Source: Crocinitomicaceae bacterium (GTDB lineage Bacteria > Bacteroidota > Bacteroidia > Flavobacteriales_D > Crocinitomicaceae). Taken from it: DNA of 64,000 bases. Position 1 is the first letter of the stretch. Each line of letters opens with the position of its first letter. This document shows, piece after piece, positions 19,945-29,236 of this stretch. The stretch lies in contig JBILRE010000010.1 in assembly GCA_044372835.1 (NCBI GenBank), forward strand, positions 7,039 through 71,038, written 5' to 3'. The notes beneath the pieces are model-generated. The model was not told where the DNA came from, searched no databases, and worked only from the letters and a program-made list of their open reading frames with translations. Both the position numbers and the translations under genes were made by a program.

Positions 19945-21296
19945 GCTGGCTTGTTAAATTCATTTTCAAGCGACAAATAAGGAATTCCGAGGTATTGGAT
20001 ATCGGAAGGAGGGTGCACTTCGCTTTTTTCTTCCAACCGAAGAGTGTTTATTCCAATGTACTGATCTGCTCCCGATAAAAGCCGCCGTATTCTCTTTTCT
20101 CGGGTAGGCAGCAACTTTTGCTGCAGAAAAATAAGGAGTGCATTAGGTTGTGAGATTCCACCTTGGCCTTCTATGTTCTGAAAGTTTTTCCATGCCGCCT
20201 CGCAGAGTTTATCTGTAAGGGTTTCCACCAAATAGCTGCCTCCAACTGGATCAATTAGATTGACAAGCTTCGACTCGTTTTGAAGGATGGGAAGGATATT
20301 CCGAGACATGCGCTGGTACATGGAAGTTTGTTGATCGGATTCACGATGCTGGATTTCATGTGAAATGATGTAATCCACTCCGGCACTTACTGCACTCAGT
20401 ACCTCGGTTGTTTTACGAAGCAGGTTCGTATCTTGATCTAAAAACGATTTATTGATATTACCAATGCTTGCACCTACAAGGCAATTTGATGAACATCCAT
20501 GTTCCGGTTTGTAAGCAACTATCATGTGAGCATACAATAATCGCAATGCTCGAAATTTGGCGATTTCGTAGAAAAATGACGAGCCAATCCCTGAATGAAA
20601 ATGGATACAAGCACTCGCCTCATCCACTGATAACCCATTCTCCATAAGAAGAACTAAATATTCATGTGCTACTGACAAAGAAAAAGTTAATTCTTGTTGG
20701 CAATTAGCCCCCAATTGCTGTACACCAAATCCATTAACCTCGAGAAAAGGGAATTGAGCGTTTCGAGCTTGCTTCAACAGTTCTTGGAAAAGCGTCTCCT
20801 CATTTCTTGAAAAATGGTCGTAGCCGAACCCACATTTTTGAGGCAATCTACCTCCAAAAAAATGAAAAATCTCTTTTACTTGCATTGCTGTTGTGGGAAT
20901 GAACTTGGCATAGATGTACTCAAATTGAATTCCTTCAAAAAGCTTTTTAAGATTGATACTCTGATGTGCCTTAGTGAAGTCGAAAACAAGGTAATCTGCT
21001 CCTTTCATTAAAAGTTCAAGAGCGATTTTGTTTGCCTCATTTTCGTCTTGAAGCAGAATATGGACGCCATTCCCAACAGTCTGATCAAAAGGTCTTGAAG
21101 ATGCACTTGATGCTAATCCCTTAGAACTTATCGATTTCAAAAGTACATCGGCATGATTGATGGCGGATTCTTCCAATCCTTCCAGCTCGTTCCTCCGAGA
21201 AAGTCGTTGGAAATCCTCCTCTTTAAGCTCTTTGCTTAAATCAGCTAACCACTGTTCGGCTGATTTAGTACTAAACTGTTCTTTTAATCCTATCAT
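19941..21296 (-). CDS. mutA: Methylmalonyl-CoA mutase small subunit
   Basis: It is an MCM-like barrel without the B12 domain, and its stop overlaps the mutB start by 4 nt. The start is uncertain: ATG 21296 (MIGLKEQF..) or the upstream 21347. Confidence 0.8.
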   Translation of the reverse strand: MIGLKEQFSTKSAEQWLADLSKELKEEDFQRLSRRNELEGLEESAINHADVLLKSISSKGLASSASSRPFDQTVGNGVHILLQDENEANKIALELLMKGADYLVFDFTKAHQSINLKKLFEGIQFEYIYAKFIPTTAMQVKEIFHFFGGRLPQKCGFGYDHFSRNEETLFQELLKQARNAQFPFLEVNGFGVQQLGANCQQELTFSLSVAHEYLVLLMENGLSVDEASACIHFHSGIGSSFFYEIAKFRALRLLYAHMIVAYKPEHGCSSNCLVGASIGNINKSFLDQDTNLLRKTTEVLSAVSAGVDYIISHEIQHRESDQQTSMYQRMSRNILPILQNESKLVNLIDPVGGSYLVETLTDKLCEAAWKNFQNIEGQGGISQPNALLIFLQQKLLPTREKRIRRLLSGADQYIGINTLRLEEKSEVHPPSDIQYLGIPYLSLENEFNKPA

Positions 21297-21515
21297 ATCT
21301 TTAGTTGCTACCTGTTTTTTAAGGGCAATAACCTGTAAAATCAGCAATAAAAGTACACAAGAAAATAGAATTTTTGGAGGATAATTTAAAGCATTTGGTA
21401 ACCTACGTCCAAAATCAACGAGTAAGAATCTTATATTTGTCTCGGTCGAGGTTTAAATTAGTTAATACTAAAAAAAACACCACATCGTTATACAGTAGAT
21501 CTCAAGTAAAACATC

Positions 21516-21743
21516 ATGTTAATATTAAGGAATTACCCAAGTGTTCTATTTGTTTTCCTATTGATGAGCGCAACCAGCTGTACCAGAAAAAAATACAATT
21601 GCGTTTGTCAAAATCCAGGAGGAGCCTACCTTGCCTTGACTGTAAAAGGAACATTGCAACAAGCTCAGGATGTCTGTAATTCCTATTACCAGGATAATTT
21701 TGGAACTATTCCCATGAATGAGACAACGTGCTCTATTCAATAG
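21516..21743 (+). CDS. Cys-rich mini-lipoprotein (paralogue of 43544..43735)
   Basis: The lipobox is ..LLMSATSC. The mature ~53-aa part carries four further Cys residues (YNCVC...DVC...TTC). Confidence 0.55.
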   Translation: MLILRNYPSVLFVFLLMSATSCTRKKYNCVCQNPGGAYLALTVKGTLQQAQDVCNSYYQDNFGTIPMNETTCSIQ

Positions 21744-21801
21744 TCAAGTCATAACTATTCGTTTTGACCAGTTGGGTTGATAATCATATAATAGATTGTT
21801 G

Positions 21802-21809
21802 TAGATTTG
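21802..21809 (+). promoter_or_regulatory. Putative -7 box
   Basis: TAGATTTG lies 14 nt upstream of ATG 21824. Confidence 0.4.
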
Positions 21810-21823
21810 ACACAAAGAATCAT

Positions 21824-22363
21824 ATGAAGACACCACTTATCATTTCATTTACCTTTTGTTTCTTTTTTTCGCACGCTGCTTTTTTGGGGAACTCCTATTT
21901 CGAAAGCGATAGTTTAAAATGGCAGGTAGCAAAAAAAGAAAAGTATCAAATCAGCTATCCAGATACCATGATCCTTGAAAAGGAGTCGACCGGTGTCGAC
22001 CTTATGATCTCGACAAAAATTACTTCTGAAAGTGACCTTTTCCAAGAAAATATTTCAGTGACTTTTCAAGACCTTGGTGCTGAAATTGGATTGTCCGACA
22101 TTATGGCAATGATAGAGGGGGAAATTAGGAATGAAATTCAACAAGGGGAAATTATTGAGAACTATGATGTTATTCTCGGAGGCCGAACCGCACGTCGGAT
22201 ACGTTTTACAAACGTGGTGAACGGCATGCTATTGACTTGGGTACAGCATTACCTAGTTGACGGCCATTTTTTCTATGTGATTACTTACACAGGAGAAGAA
22301 GATGTGTATTTTCGAAGCATCAAAAACGTTCAGGAAATTATTTCAACGTTTTTAATAAATTAA
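21824..22363 (+). CDS. Secreted hypothetical protein
   Basis: The signal peptide MKTPLIISFTFCFFFSHA begins at ATG 21824. This lies 14 nt downstream of a TAGATTTG -7 box. Confidence 0.55.
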   Translation: MKTPLIISFTFCFFFSHAAFLGNSYFESDSLKWQVAKKEKYQISYPDTMILEKESTGVDLMISTKITSESDLFQENISVTFQDLGAEIGLSDIMAMIEGEIRNEIQQGEIIENYDVILGGRTARRIRFTNVVNGMLLTWVQHYLVDGHFFYVITYTGEEDVYFRSIKNVQEIISTFLIN

Positions 22364-22374
22364 ACGATCCTTTT

Positions 22375-23205
22375 TTATGTCGCAGATTGCTTCCTTATAA
22401 GTTTCCAAAAAAGAGCTGGTAGAAAGCGTTTGATTGTTACTGCCCATAACTCACCTTTACCTATAAGCACTTCCTTTTTTTCTTTCTGAATGGAATAAAG
22501 CATTTCTTTCACGGCAGCATCTACAGGCATTCCATTCGCTTGATTTTGATCCATTTGACCATGTGGGGTACCATTTGCATTTAATGCGTTTTTAGAGATT
22601 GGCGTATTTATTTTCCCGGGACAAACGAGGGTTACCATCACATTGTTAGGCGCCTGCTCTAGCATAAGGCTTTCATAAAACCCGTGTAAGGCATGCTTGG
22701 CAGCACTGTAGGCAGAGCGCAGAAAAAAACCAAATTTACCAGCTATACTGGAGATCACGACGATATGACCACTTTGCTGTTTTATCATGTAAGGAAGAAC
22801 AGCCTTTGTTAATGCAATGTTTCCAAAATAATTGACTTCCATTATTCTCCTGTCAATCTCAAGCGGGGTATCGCTTACCGACGATCGCTGACTGACTCCA
22901 CCATTATTGATGAGTATATCTATTCGCCCAAAATGATGAAAGACTTTCTCCGCCAATTCCTGAAAATGATTGGAAAAAGCCAAATCAAGTGGTAATATAA
23001 GATGATGTTCCTTGTTATTCAAAGATTCCAACACCTCATTAAGTCCTTTTTCATTCCTTGCTGACAAAATCAATCTCGCTCCATTCCTATCCAACTGAAA
23101 GGCTAATTCCTTCCCAATTCCCGAATTAGCTCCGGTAATCCAAACAACTTTGTTATTGAAAAATGCCTTTGACACAAAGCAAATATACATTCTTTTTGTA
23201 GGCAT
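22375..23205 (-). CDS. Short-chain dehydrogenase/reductase (classical SDR)
   Basis: Motifs seen: VVWITGANSGIG, NNGG, YSAAK (YxxxK). The start is ambiguous between ATG 23205, ATG 23190 and GTG 23175. A TATATTTG box on this strand (23187..23180) favours the GTG. Confidence 0.85.
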   Translation of the reverse strand: MPTKRMYICFVSKAFFNNKVVWITGANSGIGKELAFQLDRNGARLILSARNEKGLNEVLESLNNKEHHLILPLDLAFSNHFQELAEKVFHHFGRIDILINNGGVSQRSSVSDTPLEIDRRIMEVNYFGNIALTKAVLPYMIKQQSGHIVVISSIAGKFGFFLRSAYSAAKHALHGFYESLMLEQAPNNVMVTLVCPGKINTPISKNALNANGTPHGQMDQNQANGMPVDAAVKEMLYSIQKEKKEVLIGKGELWAVTIKRFLPALFWKLIRKQSAT

Positions 23206-23249
23206 TCAAGGAGTGATTTAGTTGTAGGCGAGTTATTTTGGATTATTTG

Positions 23250-23257
23250 TACTTTTG
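23250..23257 (+). promoter_or_regulatory. Putative -7 box for gmhA
   Basis: TACTTTTG lies 12 nt upstream of ATG 23270. Confidence 0.45.
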
Positions 23258-23269
23258 GCAAAAAACTGC

Positions 23270-23848
23270 ATGGATACCAAGCGCATTGCTCATCACTTTG
23301 AAACTGCCGAACGCGTGCTTCGTGAATTTAATTCGCCTGCAACCCATGAACGAATAGCGAAGGCAGCTCAAATAATGGTTGAAGGAATCAAAGCTGGAGG
23401 TCACATTTATAGTTGTGGAAATGGTGGTTCAATGTGCGATGCCATGCATTTTGCTGAGGAGTTAACTGGAAGGTACAGGCAAAACCGTCCGGGAATACCT
23501 GCACTTTCGATTTCAGACCCAAGCCACCTTAGTTGTGTTTCAAACGATTTTGGTTACGATCATGTCTTTTCTAGGTTTATAGAAGCTTTCGGAAAAAAGG
23601 GAGATGTACTACTTGCCATTTCCACCTCCGGTAATTCGGTCAATGTGTTAAATGCCATGCATACAGCCCGTGAGAAAGGAATGGCAATAGTGGGATTAAC
23701 CGGTAAAGACGGTGGTAAAATGGCGGCCAATTGCGACCTTGAGATTCGTGCTCCCTACAGCGAATACGCCGATCGTGCCCAAGAAATTCACATTAAAGTA
23801 ATTCACACCCTCATAGATGCGATTGAAGCCGAATTGTTTGGCATGTAA
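23270..23848 (+). CDS. gmhA: D-sedoheptulose-7-phosphate isomerase (SIS domain)
   Basis: Motifs seen: [33 protein letters not shown] 23270 is preferred because the listed TTG (23255) sits inside a TACTTTTG -7 box. Confidence 0.88.
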   Translation: MDTKRIAHHFETAERVLREFNSPATHERIAKAAQIMVEGIKAGGHIYSCGNGGSMCDAMHFAEELTGRYRQNRPGIPALSISDPSHLSCVSNDFGYDHVFSRFIEAFGKKGDVLLAISTSGNSVNVLNAMHTAREKGMAIVGLTGKDGGKMAANCDLEIRAPYSEYADRAQEIHIKVIHTLIDAIEAELFGM

Positions 23849-23873
23849 TTTCCTCAAAAAAAAACTTACCTAG

Positions 23874-25661
23874 TTACTTCTGTTCGAAAATGTCCAATTG
23901 AAAATCATCGATCCACAAAGAACTTGGTGATTTTTTCCAAAAGTCAAATTTTAACTCATCTTTTATAGAACGAATTTCAGGCGTAAGGAAAAAGAACTCC
24001 CTTTTTTTCCAGGTTGTACTGAATGGTAAATCCCAAGCCCTGTAGCCATAAGCACCCTCTGCCCTATCCATCATCATGGCGAACACAAGTGCATCTTTTT
24101 TATCTGTCTTATATTTGAACGAAACACGTACCCAAACGTGGTCTTTTGAAGTAAGCCGGTGATAAGGAATTCGATGGGTGAATGCAAATTCCTCTTTCTC
24201 TTTTGAACATAAATACCCAAGCGATTGATCACTAAAGTCAGTATCCATCCATCGCTTTTCGATGTAATTTCCTTTCTTCTCAAACACTGGTTCACCCCAA
24301 AAAACGCGATCGATTAACAAGCATTCTTTGTCCCTTTCAGTCACCCTTGTTTTTAGAAAAGTTGCACAATAATACGCTTTTGTGGTGCGGTAAGGGTCTA
24401 AAATGTAATTTCTAAGTTGCCACCATTGAAACTGGTTGAGAAACAAACACGTGAATAAAAGTGTAAATAAACCGTAACGCCAAAATGATTTATTCTTAAG
24501 TATTAAGTCAAAAAAACTTCCCATTGGAATAGCTAATAGCGGATAATAGGCAATAAGTGGGCGATTGGAAAATCCTGCACCATACCACCATTCTGTCCAG
24601 CTGGAAACCAACCAAAAAAACGCTAAAAAAGGAAGAAGAACCCCATAAAAAACACTGCGGTTAGATGAAAAAAGCGTGGCAAAACCTAACAAAGAAAACA
24701 CCATTACCGGCGTGTAAAGCAGCCAACCTTTACGGTAACTGAACAGGGTCTCAAATACATGTGGATTAAAAAAATCCAAACCTACACCAGGGTTTTTATA
24801 GGAATCATACAAGGGCTTGCCCGTTTTTAAGTACCAGTACCAACCTTGGGGAACAAACAATAAACCGCATAGGAGCACCAAAACAAATAGGTGTAATCGA
24901 AATTTCCAAAGCATTTGAAATTTTTCGACCATGGATTGACGATCAAAGATTCCCCAGCTAATTGGGATGAGTAGCATTAAGATTTCACTGGGCTTAATCA
25001 AGGTTGCTAAACTGACTGAAAGTCCTATGAAAAGAAGATGCTGGAAATGTTGTTGTTTATGCCACTGAATTGTATTCCAAATCAACACTGCACAGCACAT
25101 GAACAACAAGTTTACCGTTTCTAGGTTTTTTATGGTCATGTGGTGCGAATAATTGGTCGCGAGAACAATGATAACCATCACAACAGATGTGATTTTTTCG
25201 TTATAAAATGCGAGCAAGACTTTCCTTAAATACCACAAGCCGATTAATGTGTATATCACACAACCAAGTGCAAGCGCATATTGATAAGGCATCGAAAATC
25301 CATCGGGAGGAAATCCAAATTGATAAGCCAAACCATGTCCAACTAGAAAAAAAGGCAAGTAAAAAAGCGCTGTACCAAACAGAAAAAAATACATCGGTTT
25401 TCCGTTAGGTGTAGTGGATACCTGATAAAGCGAACTTGATAGTTTTCGTTCCTGATTAATTTGTTCTATCCATTCGGTTCGATCAAGCAGGGGATCGCCA
25501 TAAATAAAAGTAGCTGGAAGTGGTAGGTAATATCCAAGTACATCCCATGAAATTTCGTCTTTGACAACATGCGTTGATCGAAACATCAACAAGGACAAAC
25601 CCAATAAGCCCCAAACCAAGACCGACATCGAAAAGGACGAAATACGTGATAACCTACCCAC
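23874..25661 (-). CDS. Polytopic membrane protein, ArnT/PMT (GT39/GT83)-like glycosyltransferase with C-terminal soluble domain
   Basis: About 10-12 TM helices are followed by a ~150-aa soluble tail. The family call rests on architecture only. The start is GTG 25661 or ATG 25628. Confidence 0.45.
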   Translation of the reverse strand: MGRLSRISSFSMSVLVWGLLGLSLLMFRSTHVVKDEISWDVLGYYLPLPATFIYGDPLLDRTEWIEQINQERKLSSSLYQVSTTPNGKPMYFFLFGTALFYLPFFLVGHGLAYQFGFPPDGFSMPYQYALALGCVIYTLIGLWYLRKVLLAFYNEKITSVVMVIIVLATNYSHHMTIKNLETVNLLFMCCAVLIWNTIQWHKQQHFQHLLFIGLSVSLATLIKPSEILMLLIPISWGIFDRQSMVEKFQMLWKFRLHLFVLVLLCGLLFVPQGWYWYLKTGKPLYDSYKNPGVGLDFFNPHVFETLFSYRKGWLLYTPVMVFSLLGFATLFSSNRSVFYGVLLPFLAFFWLVSSWTEWWYGAGFSNRPLIAYYPLLAIPMGSFFDLILKNKSFWRYGLFTLLFTCLFLNQFQWWQLRNYILDPYRTTKAYYCATFLKTRVTERDKECLLIDRVFWGEPVFEKKGNYIEKRWMDTDFSDQSLGYLCSKEKEEFAFTHRIPYHRLTSKDHVWVRVSFKYKTDKKDALVFAMMMDRAEGAYGYRAWDLPFSTTWKKREFFFLTPEIRSIKDELKFDFWKKSPSSLWIDDFQLDIFEQK

Positions 25662-25783
25662 TAAGTGAAATTAAAAAAAAATAACAAGATCCAACTTGAT
25701 TTCGAGGTTAAAGCCCCGTGTTATGCATCTAATTGGGAAATACATCCCCGCATGTTTTTAACGAATATTAAGCAATAAATGTG

Positions 25784-25791
25784 TACCTTTG
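25784..25791 (+). promoter_or_regulatory. Putative -7 box for the fur-purA unit
   Basis: TACCTTTG lies 16 nt upstream of ATG 25808. Confidence 0.45.
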
Positions 25792-25807
25792 GCCTTTACA
25801 AAAGGTC

Positions 25808-26266
25808 ATGTCCAGTCCGGAACTACAAGCAAAGGTAAAAAACATTTTTTCAGCGTATCTCGAACAAAACGGTCACCGGAAAACCCCGGAACGCTTTGCT
25901 ATTTTGGCTGAAATATATAAGTACAATGGACACTTTGACATCGAAACACTCTACCTTAAAATGAAGGCTGAAAATTACCGTGTTTCAAGGGCCACACTAT
26001 ACAATACCATTGAATTGCTTTTGGCATGTAACCTTGTCCGAAAACACCAGTTTGGTAAAAACATGGCTCAATTTGAGAAATCACATGGTTCTAAACAACA
26101 CGACCATTTCGTGTGCCTAGATACGGGAGAACTCCTCGAATTTTGTGACCCGAGGATCCAAACCATTAAAGCGACAATCGAAGAAATATTGGGCGTTACC
26201 ATCCATCACCATTCCCTTTATTTTTACGGCACACGAAATGAAAAGAAAACGATAACAAACAACTAA
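25808..26266 (+). CDS. Fur-family transcriptional regulator
   Basis: A winged-helix N-terminus (RKTPERFAILAEI, SRATLYNTIELL) is followed by the metal-site region HDHFVC...HHH. ATG 25808 lies 16 nt after a TACCTTTG box. Confidence 0.85.
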   Translation: MSSPELQAKVKNIFSAYLEQNGHRKTPERFAILAEIYKYNGHFDIETLYLKMKAENYRVSRATLYNTIELLLACNLVRKHQFGKNMAQFEKSHGSKQHDHFVCLDTGELLEFCDPRIQTIKATIEEILGVTIHHHSLYFYGTRNEKKTITNN

Positions 26267-26269
26267 CGC

Positions 26270-27538
26270 ATGAAAGTGGACGTTTTACTAGGCCTGCAAT
26301 GGGGCGATGAAGGAAAAGGAAAAATTGTGGACGTGCTTACACCAAATTACGATATCATTGCACGCTTTCAAGGAGGACCAAATGCAGGACATACATTGGA
26401 GTTTGAAGGAATTAAACACGTACTTCATACAATACCATCGGGCATTTTTCACCCCAACGTCATCAACCTGATCGGAAATGGTGTAGTTATCGATCCAGTT
26501 GTATTTAAAAAAGAATTAGACAACCTTGCCCCCTTCGGGATTGATTTCAAATCGAGGTTGTTGCTCTCCAAAAAAGCGCATGTGATTCTTCCAACACACC
26601 GATTGCTCGATGCAGCATCGGAAGCCGCTAAGGGGAGTAAAAAGATAGGGAGTACCCTCAAAGGTATTGGTCCCACTTACATGGATAAAACCGGTCGAAA
26701 TGGGTTGCGTGTTGGGGACATCTTCTCCCCTAACTTTCAAGAAAAATACGATGCACTGGTCGAAAAACACATCGGAATCCTCAAGCATTTTGAAGGTTTT
26801 GAATACAACTTAAGCCATCAGGAACAATCGTTTTTTGAAAGTATCGATGCCATCCGAGAGCTCAAGGCCGTAGACAGTGAACACTTCCTAAATCAAGCAC
26901 TGAAAGAAGGAAAACGCATTTTGGCAGAAGGCGCACAAGGAACCATGCTAGACATCGATTTTGGTACCTACCCTTTTGTGACTTCCTCCAACACCATTAC
27001 CGCTGGCACTTGCACAGGTCTTGGAATAGCACCGACTAAAATAGGAAAAGTGATCGGTATTATGAAAGCCTACTGCACTCGTGTTGGAAGTGGTCCCTTT
27101 CCTACCGAATTGCTCAATGAAACGGGTGAGCAGATGCGTCAGGAAGGACGCGAATTTGGTTCAACCACCGGAAGGGCCCGACGCTGTGGATGGGTAGACT
27201 TGCCTCAATTGAAATATGCAATTATGATTAATGGCGTGACCGAATTGTGTATCATGAAAGCAGATGTACTAGGTGTTTTTGACCATATCGACGTATGCAC
27301 GCATTACAAAATCAATGGTGAGACCATTGACTACTTTCCTTATGACACTGATGGTTTACACATCGAACCGGTGTACCAATCATTCCCTGGGTGGAAAAAG
27401 GACCTTACCAATCTGGGTAACTACAACGAGGCACCTAAGGAACTTCAATCGTACATCCAGTTTTTGGAGCAAGCTCTTGAGGTACCGGTTCGTGTCGTTT
27501 CCGTGGGTCCGGACCGTCAGCAAACACTTACCTTGTAA
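26270..27538 (+). CDS. purA: Adenylosuccinate synthase
   Basis: Motifs seen: GLQWGDEGKGKIVD, GPNAGHT, GSTTGRARRCGW. Confidence 0.97.
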   Translation: MKVDVLLGLQWGDEGKGKIVDVLTPNYDIIARFQGGPNAGHTLEFEGIKHVLHTIPSGIFHPNVINLIGNGVVIDPVVFKKELDNLAPFGIDFKSRLLLSKKAHVILPTHRLLDAASEAAKGSKKIGSTLKGIGPTYMDKTGRNGLRVGDIFSPNFQEKYDALVEKHIGILKHFEGFEYNLSHQEQSFFESIDAIRELKAVDSEHFLNQALKEGKRILAEGAQGTMLDIDFGTYPFVTSSNTITAGTCTGLGIAPTKIGKVIGIMKAYCTRVGSGPFPTELLNETGEQMRQEGREFGSTTGRARRCGWVDLPQLKYAIMINGVTELCIMKADVLGVFDHIDVCTHYKINGETIDYFPYDTDGLHIEPVYQSFPGWKKDLTNLGNYNEAPKELQSYIQFLEQALEVPVRVVSVGPDRQQTLTL

Positions 27539-27552
27539 ATACGTTTTTCTCG

Positions 27553-29076
27553 TTGAATCTGAGGCGTTACATCGGCGTTTTCCTACTGTGTTTTGTTGCA
27601 GGAACTTTTGCTGCGCAAAACAACATCCTTGAATTATTACCGGGTTCTGAACAACTAGGCTACGACAAACGTACCGGAGCACACCGATTGACGGGAACAG
27701 TCAATTTCGTTTATCAAGGCAATACCATGTACTGCGATTCAGCACATTATTTCGACAAAACCATGGAGGTACGGGCCTACAGCAAAGTTCACATCACCAA
27801 AGGTGTGGTCAATTTGTTCTGCGACTCGCTATATTACAATGGAAAAACCAAATACGCCAAGCTCTGGGGGCATGTTCGTGTCCGAGATGATGCCTATAAA
27901 ATCATTACTGACTCTCTGGAATACGACACCAAAAAAGGACTTGGTATTTACCGCAATGGGGCAAAAATAGAGAGCATCACTTCCAACGAAACATTGAGTT
28001 CCAAAGTAGGGTATTTTTACCCGGACAGCAAGGACTTTTTCTTCAGTGGAAAAGTAAAATACCGCAAAGATTCACTGAGCATGACTACAGATACCCTGCG
28101 GTTTAACTACGCCAAACAAATAACTTATTTCTTTGGACCAACAAAAATAAACCACGGTAAAACACAAATGTGGTGCAAAAAAGGTTGGTACGATGTACAG
28201 TTGCAAGACGGAAGTTTAATTGGCGAGGCGAAAATCATTGAGAAGTCAAAAGTAATCAAAGCCGATACGCTGCTTTACGAACCTTCGTTGGGTAGAAACA
28301 TTGGAAAAGGACATGTAGACTTTAAGGATACAGTTGAGAAAACACAGTTTTATGGCGATTATGCATTGAGTTCAGAGAAGGAGCATTCTTCCTTTCTGAC
28401 CGGACACGTACTGGCAGTCAAAGTGCAAAAAAAAGACACGTTCTATATCCATGCGGACACTTTATTCAACCAAAATGATACGCTCGACAAGCCACTATAT
28501 ACAAGGGCCAGCCGAAATGTTAAGTTCTACAACCGCAATGTGCAAGCCATTTGTGACAGCTTGATGTACCTTCAACCCGATGGCATGATGGAAATGTACA
28601 AGGAACCTATTGTATGGTCAGACAATTCGGAATTAAAAGGAGACAGCATGCTGGTATTTTTGAATGACACATTGGTGGAGCGGATTGAGATGATGGAAAA
28701 CGCTAGCGCACTCATGGAAATCGATTCGGGCGCTTATTACAACCAGGTTGCTGGTAGAAAAGTTATGGCCTATTTTCGAGACAATAACCTATACCAGACC
28801 AATGTGAGCGGCAACGCTCACACCATATTTTATCCTGAAAATGAAGAGGAAAACGACAGCACCCTGCGCATTAAGCGCCTAGGAATGAATCGGCTTTATG
28901 CGGGTAACCTGCGCGTTATGTTAGATAGTGGAGAAGTAAGGGACATCACCTACTATGACAAACCAGAAGGCGTGTTTTACCCGATGGATAAAATTAATAA
29001 ATCGGAACAGTTTCTACCCAATTTCCAATGGAAAGCCGCTCTGAGACCAAAAGGTGGAATGGAGATTGTCCATTAA
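27553..29076 (+). CDS. OstA-like (LptA/LptD N-terminal fold) repeat protein
   Basis: It has a signal peptide (..FVAGTFAAQ). Repeated 'CDS..Y' / 'ADTL.Y' beta-jellyroll-type segments occur (YCDSAHYF, FCDSLYYN, ADTLLYE, ICDSLMY). It has a TTG start. Confidence 0.5.
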   Translation: MNLRRYIGVFLLCFVAGTFAAQNNILELLPGSEQLGYDKRTGAHRLTGTVNFVYQGNTMYCDSAHYFDKTMEVRAYSKVHITKGVVNLFCDSLYYNGKTKYAKLWGHVRVRDDAYKIITDSLEYDTKKGLGIYRNGAKIESITSNETLSSKVGYFYPDSKDFFFSGKVKYRKDSLSMTTDTLRFNYAKQITYFFGPTKINHGKTQMWCKKGWYDVQLQDGSLIGEAKIIEKSKVIKADTLLYEPSLGRNIGKGHVDFKDTVEKTQFYGDYALSSEKEHSSFLTGHVLAVKVQKKDTFYIHADTLFNQNDTLDKPLYTRASRNVKFYNRNVQAICDSLMYLQPDGMMEMYKEPIVWSDNSELKGDSMLVFLNDTLVERIEMMENASALMEIDSGAYYNQVAGRKVMAYFRDNNLYQTNVSGNAHTIFYPENEEENDSTLRIKRLGMNRLYAGNLRVMLDSGEVRDITYYDKPEGVFYPMDKINKSEQFLPNFQWKAALRPKGGMEIVH

Positions 29077-29236
29077 GAGTAAAGACACAAAGCGTTGTAC
29101 ATAAACAATTCTTAGTACTATGCTAAAAGAAACTAATGCGCAACATACAAGGGCTAAATCCCATAAGGAATCTCATAAAAAATCTTATGTTCAAATTGAT
29201 CGAGGAAACACCCCAAATTTCAACCAAGTTTAATTA

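Noticed and set aside
17854-21296. I considered a possible B12 riboswitch or missing MeaB chaperone around the methylmalonyl-CoA mutase genes.
   Set aside because: The upstream region (21297-21515) shows no recognisable cobalamin-riboswitch core that I can identify by eye. Absence of meaB within one window is not informative.
29120-29233. A 37-aa hydrophilic, basic ORF (MLKETNAQHTRAKSHKESHKKSYVQIDRGNTPNFNQV) in the 160-nt convergent gap between the OstA-like and dehydrogenase genes.
   Set aside because: It has no promoter box, no hydrophobic or structural motif, and low complexity. It is most likely chance in an AT-rich spacer.
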